DNA of 64,000 bases from an uncultured Chloroflexia bacterium. Its GTDB lineage: Bacteria > Chloroflexota > Chloroflexia > QHBQ01 > JADMIH01. The DNA is taken from positions 96,001 through 160,000 of the forward strand of contig CAWCNY010000001.1 of assembly GCA_963797095.1 (NCBI GenBank), written 5' to 3'. The position numbers and the translations under genes are program-made. The notes below the pieces were generated by a model that searched no databases, had not been told where the DNA came from, and was given only the letters and a program-made list of their open reading frames with translations. Numbering within the stretch: position 1 is the stretch's first letter; every line of letters starts with the position of its first letter. Of the stretch, positions 1 through 9,932 are shown in pieces.

Positions 1-147
1 AGCGTTACCCATAAGAAGTGGGGCGCGGGCACTATCCAGACTATGGAGAACAACACAATTACCGTGCACTTCCCTGACGTGGGGTATAAGACGCTGGCGC
101 TGGACGTGGTACTGACGGCCGGTATCCTCTTACCATCTTTTGGCTGA
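1..147 (+). CDS. 3' end of a gene entering the window; resembles the C-terminal Tudor-like/DUF3553 domain of RecQ/UvrD-type helicases (partial)
   Basis: Frame 1 reads SVTHKKWGAGTIQTMENNTITVHFPDVGYKTLALDVVLTAGILLPSFG*; V-x-H-x-x-W-G-x-G...V-x-F-x-x-V-G-Y-K-T-L pattern. Confidence 0.6.
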   Translation, partial: SVTHKKWGAGTIQTMENNTITVHFPDVGYKTLALDVVLTAGILLPSFG

Positions 148-260
148 TTTCGGTGATGTAAGAAGCAAATCTTGCCTGAGATCAGGCATTGCAGAGTACT
201 TGACTCATCTGGTAGAATTAGGTAACAGGCGGCCACATTATATAAGGAGATATAACAGAT

Positions 261-686
261 ATGGCTATTGATCAGAAGGAATTGGTTGAGACCCAACCTG
301 AAACCCTCAGCACCGACCTCGTTAGCATAACTCCGTCGGCTGTGACGCAGCTTCAGGAGCTTCTCACTCAGCAGGAGAACGTAAGCCCACAGCTTGGTTT
401 GCGCGTTTTTGTCTATCCAGGCGGTTGCTCCGGTATGTCCTATGGTATGGCCTTCGAGGACCAGCCTGCGGATGACGATTTCACCATTGAAGTACACGGT
501 ATTAGACTGTACGTTGATGAGATGAGCGCCCAGTATGTGGGCGGCTCCAAGATCGATTATGAGGATAGCCTCATGGGCGGCGGGTTCCGCATCCTGAATC
601 CGAACGCGGTGCGCACCTGTGGCTGCGGCCACTCGTTCGACACCGGCTCGGACGGCAACTCGGCTCGCGGCTGCGGCTGCCACTAA
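261..686 (+). CDS. Iron-sulfur cluster assembly accessory protein, HesB/IscA/ErpA family
   Basis: GGCSGMSY motif and C-terminal NPNAVRTCGCGHSF; RBS AAGGAG upstream. Confidence 0.95.
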   Translation: MAIDQKELVETQPETLSTDLVSITPSAVTQLQELLTQQENVSPQLGLRVFVYPGGCSGMSYGMAFEDQPADDDFTIEVHGIRLYVDEMSAQYVGGSKIDYEDSLMGGGFRILNPNAVRTCGCGHSFDTGSDGNSARGCGCH

Positions 687-744
687 TTCTCGGATATGGA
701 TAGTCCAGGCTTCTCCTGACCGAGAGCTTACAGAGTGTTGGTTT

Positions 745-774
745 GGGAACACCCCTGAGGGGTGTTCTCTTTTT
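745..774 (+). terminator. Rho-independent terminator
   Basis: GGGAACACCCC-TGA-GGGGTGTTCTC stem followed by a T run, 60 nt after the HesB stop. Confidence 0.8.
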
Positions 775-824
775 GTAATTGACAGCTATAATGGTGGCAC
801 GAAAGTCACAAAGGGGATCGTAAT

Positions 825-1421
825 ATGGATGATACCGGCTCGTCTGCTGTACTGATAGTCGCTTGCCTGGGATTTCTGATCGTGGTGGGTGCCGTCGTAG
901 CGATCTATGTGTTTGCTCTCACCCGCAAAGCTACCGACGCGGTCAAGACGAAACCGCGCAATATCCGAAGTTTCTCCACGCCCATCCCTTACGGCGATGC
1001 GATCAATCGCCTTCTGGGCTTCGCGCCGACGCAGAGCTATAAGGTGGAGGATGTCGCCCCGGACGGCAGCAGGGTGATTCTGGGCACATCAATCACATTT
1101 TTCAGCTATGGGTTCTTCTACCCGATCTATTTCAGCGTCGAGCCGGGTGGGAGCACGATCGTTGAGGTAGGGATCGTCAGCCGGGCTTTTCAGTGGGGAC
1201 CTGTGGTGTCGTTCAACCACGATAAAGTTTTCAATATGGTACGCCAGGCCGTTTTGCCTTACGTGCCAACTGCGCAGCCTCCCTCCCCTTACTCATCTCA
1301 GCCTCCTCAACCTCCTCAGTACACAGCTTATCCGCCGAACCAACCCCCACCCCCACCGCCCGCCAATCCTCCATATCCCAGCCAGTCTCCCACCGGCGGT
1401 GGCTCGCCCACATCGGGTTGA
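825..1421 (+). CDS. Hypothetical membrane protein with N-terminal TM helix and Pro-rich tail
   Basis: ORF track; hydrophobic N-terminus, PPQP/PPPPP tail; stop overlaps the start of the next gene. Confidence 0.75.
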   Translation: MDDTGSSAVLIVACLGFLIVVGAVVAIYVFALTRKATDAVKTKPRNIRSFSTPIPYGDAINRLLGFAPTQSYKVEDVAPDGSRVILGTSITFFSYGFFYPIYFSVEPGGSTIVEVGIVSRAFQWGPVVSFNHDKVFNMVRQAVLPYVPTAQPPSPYSSQPPQPPQYTAYPPNQPPPPPPANPPYPSQSPTGGGSPTSG

Positions 1422-2233
1422 TGCTCGCTCGTATTCGCTCCGAACTTATCCCTTCACGTTCTCCCTCGCTCGATTTGTCGGGCAGGCCCGCGACCTGGCT
1501 GGCGCTCATCACTTTCGGGGTCTACTGCTTTGTCTACCCGTTCGCCGTCTTGCTCCTGTCGTTCGACTGGATGCCGTTCGGCATGGAGTGGATGAGCAGT
1601 CTACTGCTTGCGATGATGGGCCTCTCCTGCTTCGGCTGGCTGTGGGCTAATGCTGGCCGCCTGGGTGCTCTGTTGGGGGCGCTGGTCTTTTTCCTGGGTG
1701 TGGCCCTCGAATACCTGGGCGTGTTTACGGGTTTCCCGTTCGGCACCTATCGCTACACAGGTGTGCTCGTCCCTGAGCTACAGGGGGGAGTGCCCTTAGC
1801 GATCGGGTTTGCCTGGCTGCTTGTGATAGTGAGCAGCCACTTGACGGTGCGCCGCCACTTTCCCGCTCATGTAACCCCAGGCAGCATAATTGCTGTCTCA
1901 CTGGTGGGCGCGCTTCCGGCTGTTGGCCTCGATCTTCTCCTTGAACCTGTTGCTTATCACGTCAAGAATTACTGGCAATGGCTCCCCGGCGATGGAGCTT
2001 ATTATGGGATACCGGTAGTGAACTTCGTCGCCTGGTTTGTGGCCGCCGCGATCTTCAACCTGCCGCTGGCTCTTGTAATCAGGGGGGAGAAAAGCCACAT
2101 CCTGCCCTGGCTTCCTGTTGCTCTCTTCGTAATGAATGTCCTTATGTTTGGGATCGTGTGCGTGGCTCATGGCTTCTGGTTGGCCGGTCTGATCGCCCTG
2201 GTGTTGCTTGCCGCTGCGTTCCTGTCGCGCTGA
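1418..2233 (+). CDS. Carotenoid biosynthesis membrane protein, CruF-like 1',2'-hydratase family
   Basis: E-x-x-G-x-x-T-G-F-P-F-G-x-Y-x-Y, GVPLAIGFAW, DLLLEP, YYGIPVVNFVAW motifs; next to GT2, acyltransferase and desaturase genes. Confidence 0.85.
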   Translation: MMLARIRSELIPSRSPSLDLSGRPATWLALITFGVYCFVYPFAVLLLSFDWMPFGMEWMSSLLLAMMGLSCFGWLWANAGRLGALLGALVFFLGVALEYLGVFTGFPFGTYRYTGVLVPELQGGVPLAIGFAWLLVIVSSHLTVRRHFPAHVTPGSIIAVSLVGALPAVGLDLLLEPVAYHVKNYWQWLPGDGAYYGIPVVNFVAWFVAAAIFNLPLALVIRGEKSHILPWLPVALFVMNVLMFGIVCVAHGFWLAGLIALVLLAAAFLSR

Positions 2234-3406
2234 TCAGGCCCTCGTGCCCCGGCCTTTCCAGCTTCCTTTTCCTGTCCACGCCCACACCATCGAATTGATC
2301 TCAATGGCGATCATATAGGCTACCGCCAGTGGGTGCAGGAACGAACCGCGCAGAGGATAGGCGAACCTGACAGACAGCAGCAGACGTGTTTGGACGGCTA
2401 CCAGGTACATTGCCACGAAGAGCGCTCCCAGGGCCAGATTGCCCCCGAGGAACGCTCCCAGGGCCATCGGCAGCGGCAATATGTAGAGGGCGGACAGAGC
2501 GAGCACGCCCAGAGCGAGAAAATAGGGCTTGTACCCGAAGAAAGCATAAGCATTCTTCGAATAGCCGCGCCACACCTCGTTCGCACCTTCGTACATTCGC
2601 GTGTGCACAGTCGCCCCGCCATCCGCCAGGATCGCCCTGTACCCCGCCCGCTTTGTTGCACGTGCCAGGGCCACGTCCTCGAGAATCTGCGACCGCACGG
2701 CCTCATGACCGCCGGATGCCTCGTAAGCCTCTCGCTTGAAGAGCATGAACTGGCCGTTGGCGGCTGCGAAGTTTGGTCCCACTCGCGAGAAGGCTATAGG
2801 GAGAGGCAGGAAGTTGTACACGGTCCAGTGCAGCATAGTGGGCACCGCTAGCCGCTCGGCGAAACTCCCCAGCTGTTGCCTGGGAAAGATCGAGAGGAGG
2901 CCCGCATCCCATGCCTGCGCGGCAGCCACCGCGTGGCTCACCGCCCCTGTGTCGAATTCTACGTCGGCATCGGTAAAGAGGAGATAGTCAGGCTGGGCCT
3001 CCGCACTAACCATCTGATAGAGGCTGTGTAGCGCATGCGCCTTACCCAGCCACCCCGCAGGGGGTTGCTCCTTCCCCGCTATGACCCTGACCTGGGCGTT
3101 TCCGTTTTGTGCGTTGGATTGGACCACCTGCTTTGCTGTTTCCAGCGTTCCATCGTCCGAATCGTCGTCGTAGAGCCACATCATCAGGCTCGGGTAATCC
3201 TGTTTCATGAGGGAGCGCAGGCACTTCGCAATGTTGCCCTGCTCGTTGCGTACGGGAATTAGCACAGCGACGAACGGCTTATCTCCGTCCTCAAGCGGGT
3301 AACCGGTGGTGGTTGGTAACACGCGCATGTTTATGACCACAATCCCAAGGAAGGCCAGCAGCACAGCCAGCGCCACTACCGCATACACAAAGAGAGGCGT
3401 AAACAC
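2234..3406 (-). CDS. Family 2 glycosyltransferase, carotenoid glucosyltransferase-like (CruC/CrtQ type)
   Basis: IPVRNE, DDDSDDGT, GWLGK, FTDAD, AANGQF, EDVALAR motifs. Confidence 0.88.
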   Translation of the reverse strand: MFTPLFVYAVVALAVLLAFLGIVVINMRVLPTTTGYPLEDGDKPFVAVLIPVRNEQGNIAKCLRSLMKQDYPSLMMWLYDDDSDDGTLETAKQVVQSNAQNGNAQVRVIAGKEQPPAGWLGKAHALHSLYQMVSAEAQPDYLLFTDADVEFDTGAVSHAVAAAQAWDAGLLSIFPRQQLGSFAERLAVPTMLHWTVYNFLPLPIAFSRVGPNFAAANGQFMLFKREAYEASGGHEAVRSQILEDVALARATKRAGYRAILADGGATVHTRMYEGANEVWRGYSKNAYAFFGYKPYFLALGVLALSALYILPLPMALGAFLGGNLALGALFVAMYLVAVQTRLLLSVRFAYPLRGSFLHPLAVAYMIAIEINSMVWAWTGKGSWKGRGTRA

Positions 3407-4204
3407 CTAGTTTTGTGTGCCTCCAAAGAGCCGTCTTATTTTTCCAATGCCACTCATCACCCCATCCCAGAGCCTATTTACCGAGCCCCGGCCCCCCAGC
3501 ACGTGCTTGTAGCTGCTCTTATGGTATGCTGCCACATCCGCGTGCAATGCACCCGCTTCGGTTGCTATCGCTTCGCGTAATTTCTCCGTTAGAGCGCGCG
3601 ATCCTGCTGCCTCGCTTTCTTGGTCAAAAAGGATAGGCGGGCCGATCCGCACATAAGCATCGGGGGCTTGCTCTATCATGAAGTCGTATCTGATCGCTAC
3701 AGGCACGATCCAGCACTCGCCCACCCTGCGCGCTATGTTCGCCACCCCCCCGAAGAGCTTGAGGGGTCTCGCGTCGGGGTGGCGCATGGTGCCCTGCGGG
3801 AACATCCAGAGCGCCTTGTTCTCTCCGTCCGTCAATAGCGCCGTTATGTACTTGATAGAGTTGAGCGCCTTGCGCGGATCTTCCCTGTCGACCCCGAATA
3901 CCCCTGCCCATGTGAAGAAGGGGTAGCGCGATAGATTAGGCTCCTCCATCATCAAATACGCATCGTGCTCGAATACCCGCTTGTTGAGGAGGGCCGCAAT
4001 GTGCCCGTCGAACCACCCGGAATGGGTCAGGCAAAAAATCACGGGGTGAGTACCTTTGCTCCTCAACTTCAACGTTGCCGTATCTATCCTGGCGTATACC
4101 CCGCCGAACGCCCGCTTCAGCCCCGGCACGAGCAGGAGGTTGTACACTAGCCACTCGCCCGGCGGGTTCTTGTTCGCCCTGTGGAAACCTGAGCGCTGCG
4201 CCAT
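3407..4204 (-). CDS. Lysophospholipid acyltransferase family protein (carotenoid glycoside acyltransferase CruD-like)
   Basis: HSGWFD (HxxxxD) and FPQG motifs; operon context. Confidence 0.85.
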   Translation of the reverse strand: MAQRSGFHRANKNPPGEWLVYNLLLVPGLKRAFGGVYARIDTATLKLRSKGTHPVIFCLTHSGWFDGHIAALLNKRVFEHDAYLMMEEPNLSRYPFFTWAGVFGVDREDPRKALNSIKYITALLTDGENKALWMFPQGTMRHPDARPLKLFGGVANIARRVGECWIVPVAIRYDFMIEQAPDAYVRIGPPILFDQESEAAGSRALTEKLREAIATEAGALHADVAAYHKSSYKHVLGGRGSVNRLWDGVMSGIGKIRRLFGGTQN

Positions 4205-5697
4205 TATCTTGTCGCCCCCATTACCAGCCTCGCCACGAGTCGCGCCGACAGCAGCACGAGGGGAATTCCACCGCCCGGGTGCACGCTCCCGCCCACGAAA
4301 TAAAGGCCGTCTACGCCCGGCGCGCGGTTCGGCGGTCTCAGGAAGGCAGTCGCCCGGCTGTTGGACGGCAGGCCGTAGATCGAGCCACGCCAGGCATTAT
4401 ACTGCTCCCTGAAATCTTCGGGAGTGATCACCTCTTCAAAAACGATCCTATCTTTTAGCGCAGCGAGGCCCGCCGCCTCCAGCTTGCCTATGATCGCGTC
4501 TCTGTAAGGTCGTTTCCACATATCCCATTTGCTTGCTCCGTTTGCGGGCAGGGCGGGAGCATTGACAAGCACGAAGAGATTCAGATGGCCGGGCGGTGCT
4601 TGCGCGGGATCGCTTTTTGAGGTGCAGGCTACATAGATTGTCGGATCCGGCGCGGGTATTCCCCGCTCGAAGATCGCACTGAACTCGCCTTTGTAATCGC
4701 CCCCGAAGAAGATGTTGTGGTGAGACAACCTCTCGTAATCGCCCCGCACTCCCAACAGCAATACAAACCCGGAAGAAGACGGCTCCAGCCTCTTCATCCT
4801 CTTCACCAGCCGCTTGTCCTGCCGGCGTGACGGGACCAGGGCCGGATAGGCGTACATTGGGTCGGCGTTCACCACTATGTTGTCCGCGCGCACCTCTTCC
4901 GAGTTTGCCAGTCTCACGCCGACCGCCTGCGCTCCCTGAAATAGTACCTGAGTCACCTCGCAACCGGGCCGGAATTCGACCCCTAACTCCTTCGCTACGG
5001 CCAGCAATGCTTCGGCCAGCCGGTACAGGCCGCCCTGTATATACCACCCACCGCCCGCGATCTCGATATGGGGGATCATCGAGAGGGTGGCGGGCGCACG
5101 GTAGGGTGACGACCCATTATAGGTCGCGTACCTATCGAAAAGCTGCACCAATCGCCTGTCCTTGAAGAACCGGCTCACCGCCCGGTGCATACTTATGTGG
5201 GCATCGATCCTGGCAGCGTCAATCCCGCGCCTGGATAGGAGGTCGCGTGGTTTTGGCCGCTCTCTCAACAGGAAGATCGGCCCCGCCCGCTTGAAAAGTG
5301 TCCGCGAATAAGCCAGGAACCGGAATAGCCCTGTCACATCTCCAGGGGAGAGTGTTTCGACCTCTCGCGCCAATTGAGATAGGTTGGACGACATATCCAT
5401 CTCAGAGCCATCGGGGAACCTGTAGCGGCAGATGGGGTCGAGCGGAGTCAGCGCCAGGTAATCTTGCATACGCCGCCCAGCAGCCCGGAATGTGTCGGCG
5501 ATCACGCCCGGCAGCGTCACGAGCGATGGGCCTGTATCGAACCTGAAGCCTTCGCATTCCACAAGGTTGAGCTTGCCGCCCGCTCGCTCGTGCTTCTCAA
5601 GTAGAGTGACCTTGTACCCGGCTCCCGCCAGACGTACGGCGGCCCCCAGCCCTCCAAGCCCGGCCCCTACTACGATTACGCTTGGTTTAGAGTCCAA
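4204..5697 (-). CDS. Phytoene desaturase family (CrtI/CrtD-like) FAD oxidoreductase
   Basis: VVGAGLGGL dinucleotide fold, FDTGPS, RYATYNGS, GLYFVGGSVHPGGGIP; start uncertain (ORF open to 5769, TTG at 5697 preferred). Confidence 0.9.
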   Translation of the reverse strand: MDSKPSVIVVGAGLGGLGAAVRLAGAGYKVTLLEKHERAGGKLNLVECEGFRFDTGPSLVTLPGVIADTFRAAGRRMQDYLALTPLDPICRYRFPDGSEMDMSSNLSQLAREVETLSPGDVTGLFRFLAYSRTLFKRAGPIFLLRERPKPRDLLSRRGIDAARIDAHISMHRAVSRFFKDRRLVQLFDRYATYNGSSPYRAPATLSMIPHIEIAGGGWYIQGGLYRLAEALLAVAKELGVEFRPGCEVTQVLFQGAQAVGVRLANSEEVRADNIVVNADPMYAYPALVPSRRQDKRLVKRMKRLEPSSSGFVLLLGVRGDYERLSHHNIFFGGDYKGEFSAIFERGIPAPDPTIYVACTSKSDPAQAPPGHLNLFVLVNAPALPANGASKWDMWKRPYRDAIIGKLEAAGLAALKDRIVFEEVITPEDFREQYNAWRGSIYGLPSNSRATAFLRPPNRAPGVDGLYFVGGSVHPGGGIPLVLLSARLVARLVMGATR

Positions 5698-5722
5698 ATG
5701 CCTGGAAACCTCAACCCGAAAG

Positions 5723-6439
5723 CTAGAACCCGAAATCGAGGACGGAAAATCCAGCGTAGCCGTCCACAATCACATCAGCCGCCGATAGGTCTTGCTCTTC
5801 GTTGAAGCCGTTTTTCAGGCCGATGCAGAACATGCCCGCGCTCCTGGCCGACAGCACCCCGTTCTTGCTGTCCTCTATTACTACGCAATCTCCGGGTCCG
5901 ACGCTTAACTTACGGGCGGTGTACAGATAGATATCGGGTGCCGGTTTGCCCTGCCCGCCCACCTCCTCGGCGCTTACGACTACCTGGAACGCGCTCCGCA
6001 GCCGGAACCTGTCGAGCACGATCTCGATCCAGCTTCGCGGCGAAGACGAGGCCAGGGCCAGCGGCACCCCCCAACCGACCATCCTGTCAAACACGTTGCT
6101 GAAACCGGGCAGCAGCCGCGCTTTCTCACGGTAGATCTGGCCCGCGATTTCGTGGTACTGTTCCAGGAAATCCTCTCGCTTCTGCTTCATCCCGTACTCG
6201 TCCCTGAGCATGGCATACAGGTCGTCCAGGCTTCGCCCTATGATCTTGCCCTGGTCTGCCTGGGTCCACCCAGGCACGAGCGATTGCAAGAAGTAGCCTT
6301 CCAGCGATTTCCAGTGCATCTCGCTGTCGACGATTACGCCATCCATGTCGAAGATGATCGCGGCGTACGACGAAGCGCGAAAGTCGAAGGATGAGGGATA
6401 CGGTTTTATCTGGGGCTTGCTGTCGCCGGGATCGCTCAT
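5723..6439 (-). CDS. HAD family phosphatase (beta-PGM/CbbY-like)
   Basis: [27 protein letters not shown] motifs; ATG at 6439 overlaps the upstream stop. Confidence 0.9.
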   Translation of the reverse strand: MSDPGDSKPQIKPYPSSFDFRASSYAAIIFDMDGVIVDSEMHWKSLEGYFLQSLVPGWTQADQGKIIGRSLDDLYAMLRDEYGMKQKREDFLEQYHEIAGQIYREKARLLPGFSNVFDRMVGWGVPLALASSSPRSWIEIVLDRFRLRSAFQVVVSAEEVGGQGKPAPDIYLYTARKLSVGPGDCVVIEDSKNGVLSARSAGMFCIGLKNGFNEEQDLSAADVIVDGYAGFSVLDFGF

Positions 6440-6954
6440 TTGTCGAAGGTTATCAGTTCCTGGCTGTACACTTCGTACGCCCGGTCGTTGAAGCAAACGA
6501 TAGTTACCTGCTCTATGGCATCGCTCTGCCTGAGCATGGTGACGATCTCGTAAATGGCAATATGGGCGGCCTTGTCCAGTGGGAAGCCGTAAGCGCCGGT
6601 GCTAATGGATGGGAAGGCAATGGTCTTGATGTTGTACTTTTCGGCCAGGGCCATGCAGTTCCGATAGCACCGCGCCAGCAATTCGGCTTCGTGGTGCAAG
6701 CCACCTTGCCAGACGGGGCCCACCGTGTGGATCACCCACTTCGCGGGCAGATTGTGCCCCTCTGTGATTTTGGCGTCCCCGGTTTCGCAGCCGCCCAGCG
6801 TTCGACATTCCTCCAGCAAGGCCGGCCCAGCAGCACGGTGGATGGCTCCATCCACGCCTCCGCCGCCCAACAGCGAGTTTTTGGCGGCATTTACGATGGC
6901 GTCTACTCGCTGCTGGGTAATATCGCCCTGCACAACTTCAATTCTGTCTCGCAT
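6436..6954 (-). CDS. Macro domain O-acetyl-ADP-ribose deacetylase (YmdB-like)
   Basis: [42 protein letters not shown]. Confidence 0.95.
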   Translation of the reverse strand: MRDRIEVVQGDITQQRVDAIVNAAKNSLLGGGGVDGAIHRAAGPALLEECRTLGGCETGDAKITEGHNLPAKWVIHTVGPVWQGGLHHEAELLARCYRNCMALAEKYNIKTIAFPSISTGAYGFPLDKAAHIAIYEIVTMLRQSDAIEQVTIVCFNDRAYEVYSQELITFDK

Positions 6955-7023
6955 AGCTGCTCCTCACCGTGTATTCATGCTGCTACAGAATACACTTTAG
7001 GCCGAGGCGTTGACAAGACGGAC

Positions 7024-8013
7024 TCAGGTAAACCAGGGAGAGTCCCTCAATTGTCTTCCGGCGCGTGGTTGCTTCTTTGCACCTTTTGCTTCTTCCGCTC
7101 CAGGCTCCTGGTCGCGCGGTATTCCCTGTTGGGCTCTCGTTTCCCCGGTTACGAATTGCGCGTTGGATGCGGGGCGCACCAGAGAGCCATATTTGTTTGT
7201 GTACACCTGAGTGAATTCGGCCCCGAAAAGGAATATCTGCGCGGAGTAGTAGATCCACACCAGCACCACTACGAGCGAGCCGGTGGCCCCAAACGCCGAG
7301 CCTACATTGCCGAATCTCAGGTATAGACCGAGGGCGAATTGTCCCAATCCGAACAGCAGCGCGCTGATCGCCGCGCCGACCCATACGTCGGTCCAGGCGA
7401 TCTTCACATCGGGCAGGAATTTGAAGAGCAGCGCGAAGACCACTGTGATCGCCAGGAACGTCAGGATCACGCTCAGTATCTGGCCCACTATATCGCCGCC
7501 GGGTAGGAGGCTCTTGAGGAACTCGCCCAGGGCAGCTACTGCTGCGTTCACCACCAGAGATACCAGGAGCAAGAAGCCTGTGCCCAGCACCATTGTGAAG
7601 GAAAGGAAGCGCTCTTTGAGCGTCGCTAGCAGGCCCCGGTTCGGTTTTGGCTCTACCTCCCAGATCGTATTCAGAGCATCCTTCAACTGGCCGAACACAC
7701 CCGACGCGCCGAGGAGAAGTGTGACGATCCCTATGGCGGTCGCGAGAATGTTGGCTCCCCCCTTGTTGGCGTTGTCTATGGTGGAGCTAATGACGTCAGC
7801 GCCATCCTGGCCGATCACTTGCGCTACAGTGCCCACGATCTGGTTCTTCGCGTTACTGAAGACAAGGCTGGCAATCGCCACCGTGATCAGCAGAAGAGGG
7901 CCGATTGAAAAGATGGTGTAGTAGGCCAGCGAAGCACCCAGCCGCGACGCTTTGTCTTCGCTCCACTCTTTGAAGGTGTCTTTGCCAAGCCCAAGAATGT
8001 CCCCTGCTCCCAT
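7024..8013 (-). CDS. YihY/virulence factor BrkB family membrane protein
   Basis: ASLAYYTIFSIGP, LKDALNTIWEV, LFKFLPD, WIYYSAQIFLFGAE. Confidence 0.92.
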   Translation of the reverse strand: MGAGDILGLGKDTFKEWSEDKASRLGASLAYYTIFSIGPLLLITVAIASLVFSNAKNQIVGTVAQVIGQDGADVISSTIDNANKGGANILATAIGIVTLLLGASGVFGQLKDALNTIWEVEPKPNRGLLATLKERFLSFTMVLGTGFLLLVSLVVNAAVAALGEFLKSLLPGGDIVGQILSVILTFLAITVVFALLFKFLPDVKIAWTDVWVGAAISALLFGLGQFALGLYLRFGNVGSAFGATGSLVVVLVWIYYSAQIFLFGAEFTQVYTNKYGSLVRPASNAQFVTGETRAQQGIPRDQEPGAEEAKGAKKQPRAGRQLRDSPWFT

Positions 8014-8150
8014 AAGAGATGCTCCCTGCAAGAAGATATGCGAACGCTATATTGCAAGGAGTATGCCGCGAGTGCGGGTGGTGGGAGTGACTGCTGCGTA
8101 CTGCGTACTGCGTACTGCTTATTCTGTTATTGGTTGGTTTTCGGGGCGAA

Positions 8151-9482
8151 TTATGTTGCAATTCTGACCACGGACTCGTAGATGGCTTTGAGGCCCAGCT
8201 CCAGATTTGGAAGCGATATGCGCTCGTCATGGGCATGCATCAACTCGGTGGGGTTGGCATCAGTCTCGTTTCTCATCGGGCCGAAGCCGTAAACGTACAC
8301 GCCGAGCGGCTCTGCGAAGCGTGCATCGCTGGCTCCTGTTGCCATGTAGGGGACCAACCCGCTTCCCGTCAACTGGAAAGTCACGTCCTTCATGATCCTG
8401 AAAAGCTCGGTATCGAACCGGCTCGATGCACCATCCCAATATTCGTAGACCTCGATCTCTACCTCATCGCCTACCGCTTTCTGTACCTCTTTAGCAAAGT
8501 CATCGAGTGTTACGTGCGGGAGCGTGCGCCCGTCGCAACTCACCCAGGCCATGGAGGGGATTACGTTGATCCGGCTGCCGGCAGGGTGCAGAATCGTGGG
8601 TGTTGCCGTGTTTCGCAACTGCGCGTTGAGCGCCAGCTTCATCGAGTGGGGGAACGGGGCGTGTTCCAGCGTTATGTAGAACAACTCGTCTCGCAGGAGG
8701 TCCTCGATCAGCCCTTTTGCGTCGTCCCAGCCATCCAGCATCTCCTCCAGCATACCGCGCACCGCGTCGGTCGGCTGCAACGGCAGCGGGTTGCTACCAA
8801 GCCTCTCGAGCGCCCTCCCAAGCTTGATGATCGCGTTGTCGTCGTGTGGTCGGGAGGCGTGCCCCGGCGAGCCGTGGGCCCGGATGTGGAACCTGCACGC
8901 TCCTTTCTCGGCGACCATGCACGGGAAGAACGAACGCTTGCCAATACGCATCTCACCGCCTGCGCCCTCGCTCAAGCCGTACTCGGCGTCGAGCCAGTGT
9001 GGCATATTCTCCGCGACCCAGCGCATGCCCTTATATGATCCATCCTCTTCGTCGGCAGCCGCCAGCAGCACAACGTCGCGCTTCAGGCGCACCCCTGACC
9101 TGGCAAGGTCAAGGAATGTGGTCAGGTGCCATGAGCACCACTGCTTCATATCCACGGCCCCGCGCCCCCATACATACCCATCCGCTACCTCGCCTGAAAA
9201 GGGCGGCCTTGACCAATATTCAGGCTCCGCGGGCACCACATCGGTGTGCGACATAAGGAGGAGCGGCCTCTCTGAGCCATCACCCTTCAGCACAGCCCGC
9301 AGATTAGCCCGACCGGGTTCCGGCTCGATTACTTCACACTCCACTCCCACCGCCTCGATCTGCTGCCTGATATATTCGGCAGCAATGATCTCGTTTCCCG
9401 GTGGATTGCTGGTATCCAGCCGGATCAACCTCTGCAAATGCCCGATGCAACCATCAAGGAGCGCCTGCCACTTCGTATCCAT
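8151..9482 (-). CDS. M20/M25/M40 family metallo-hydrolase
   Basis: SHTDVVP, GRGAVDMK, ADEE, GHAS, GASDAR, HAHDER metal-binding motifs. Confidence 0.93.
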   Translation of the reverse strand: MDTKWQALLDGCIGHLQRLIRLDTSNPPGNEIIAAEYIRQQIEAVGVECEVIEPEPGRANLRAVLKGDGSERPLLLMSHTDVVPAEPEYWSRPPFSGEVADGYVWGRGAVDMKQWCSWHLTTFLDLARSGVRLKRDVVLLAAADEEDGSYKGMRWVAENMPHWLDAEYGLSEGAGGEMRIGKRSFFPCMVAEKGACRFHIRAHGSPGHASRPHDDNAIIKLGRALERLGSNPLPLQPTDAVRGMLEEMLDGWDDAKGLIEDLLRDELFYITLEHAPFPHSMKLALNAQLRNTATPTILHPAGSRINVIPSMAWVSCDGRTLPHVTLDDFAKEVQKAVGDEVEIEVYEYWDGASSRFDTELFRIMKDVTFQLTGSGLVPYMATGASDARFAEPLGVYVYGFGPMRNETDANPTELMHAHDERISLPNLELGLKAIYESVVRIAT

Positions 9483-9550
9483 ACGCTAATTTCCTCCACC
9501 AACGAGACACCGGAACCATGGACCAGCGCCATTCGCGCCTATGGTCTACC

Positions 9551-9580
9551 TTGACACCTTTCGCGCCCGGAAGGTATAAT
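9551..9580 (+). promoter_or_regulatory. Sigma70-type promoter of tRNA-Val
   Basis: TTGACA (9551-9556), 18 bp, TATAAT (9575-9580), 9 nt before the tRNA. Confidence 0.85.
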
Positions 9581-9589
9581 TATGCGTCC

Positions 9590-9663
9590 GGGCGGTTAGC
9601 TCAGTCGGCTAGAGCGCGTCGTTGACATCGACGAGGTCGGGGGTTCGAGCCCCTCACCGCCCA
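9590..9663 (+). tRNA. tRNA-Val(GAC), CCA not encoded
   Basis: Acceptor stem GGGCGGT/ACCGCCC-A, D arm TAGCTCAGTCGGCTAGAGC, anticodon arm CGTCG-TTGACAT-CGACG, T loop GGTTCGAG. Confidence 0.96.
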
Positions 9664-9932
9664 CCCAGAAGATTGTCAGGCTTGGGATTTCGGATTGAAG
9701 GGGCCTTATCTGAAATCCGGATTCACGATTCCCAAAAATCGGGTTTCCAGGCTCCGGAATTGTCCTGATTGGTACCATACCACTATTTGTGTATAGTATC
9801 AATATCCTATAGCGTCTCCTGTCTTTGACTTCCAGAGGGTGCTATAATGAGCTTGTGCTGTGAAATGCAGACGCCTCGGCATTCGGTCCGACATTTCCAG
9901 TGTGGTGTTTCAACCTTTCTCTTTGGTGGACT

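Noticed and set aside
6391-9038. Plus-strand ORFs 6391-7326 and 8130-9038
   Set aside because: Antisense shadows of the macrodomain, YihY and M20 genes
9590-9663. tRNA-Val as the attachment site for the integrase at 20921
   Set aside because: I saw no duplicate of the tRNA 3' end in the window, and housekeeping genes intervene
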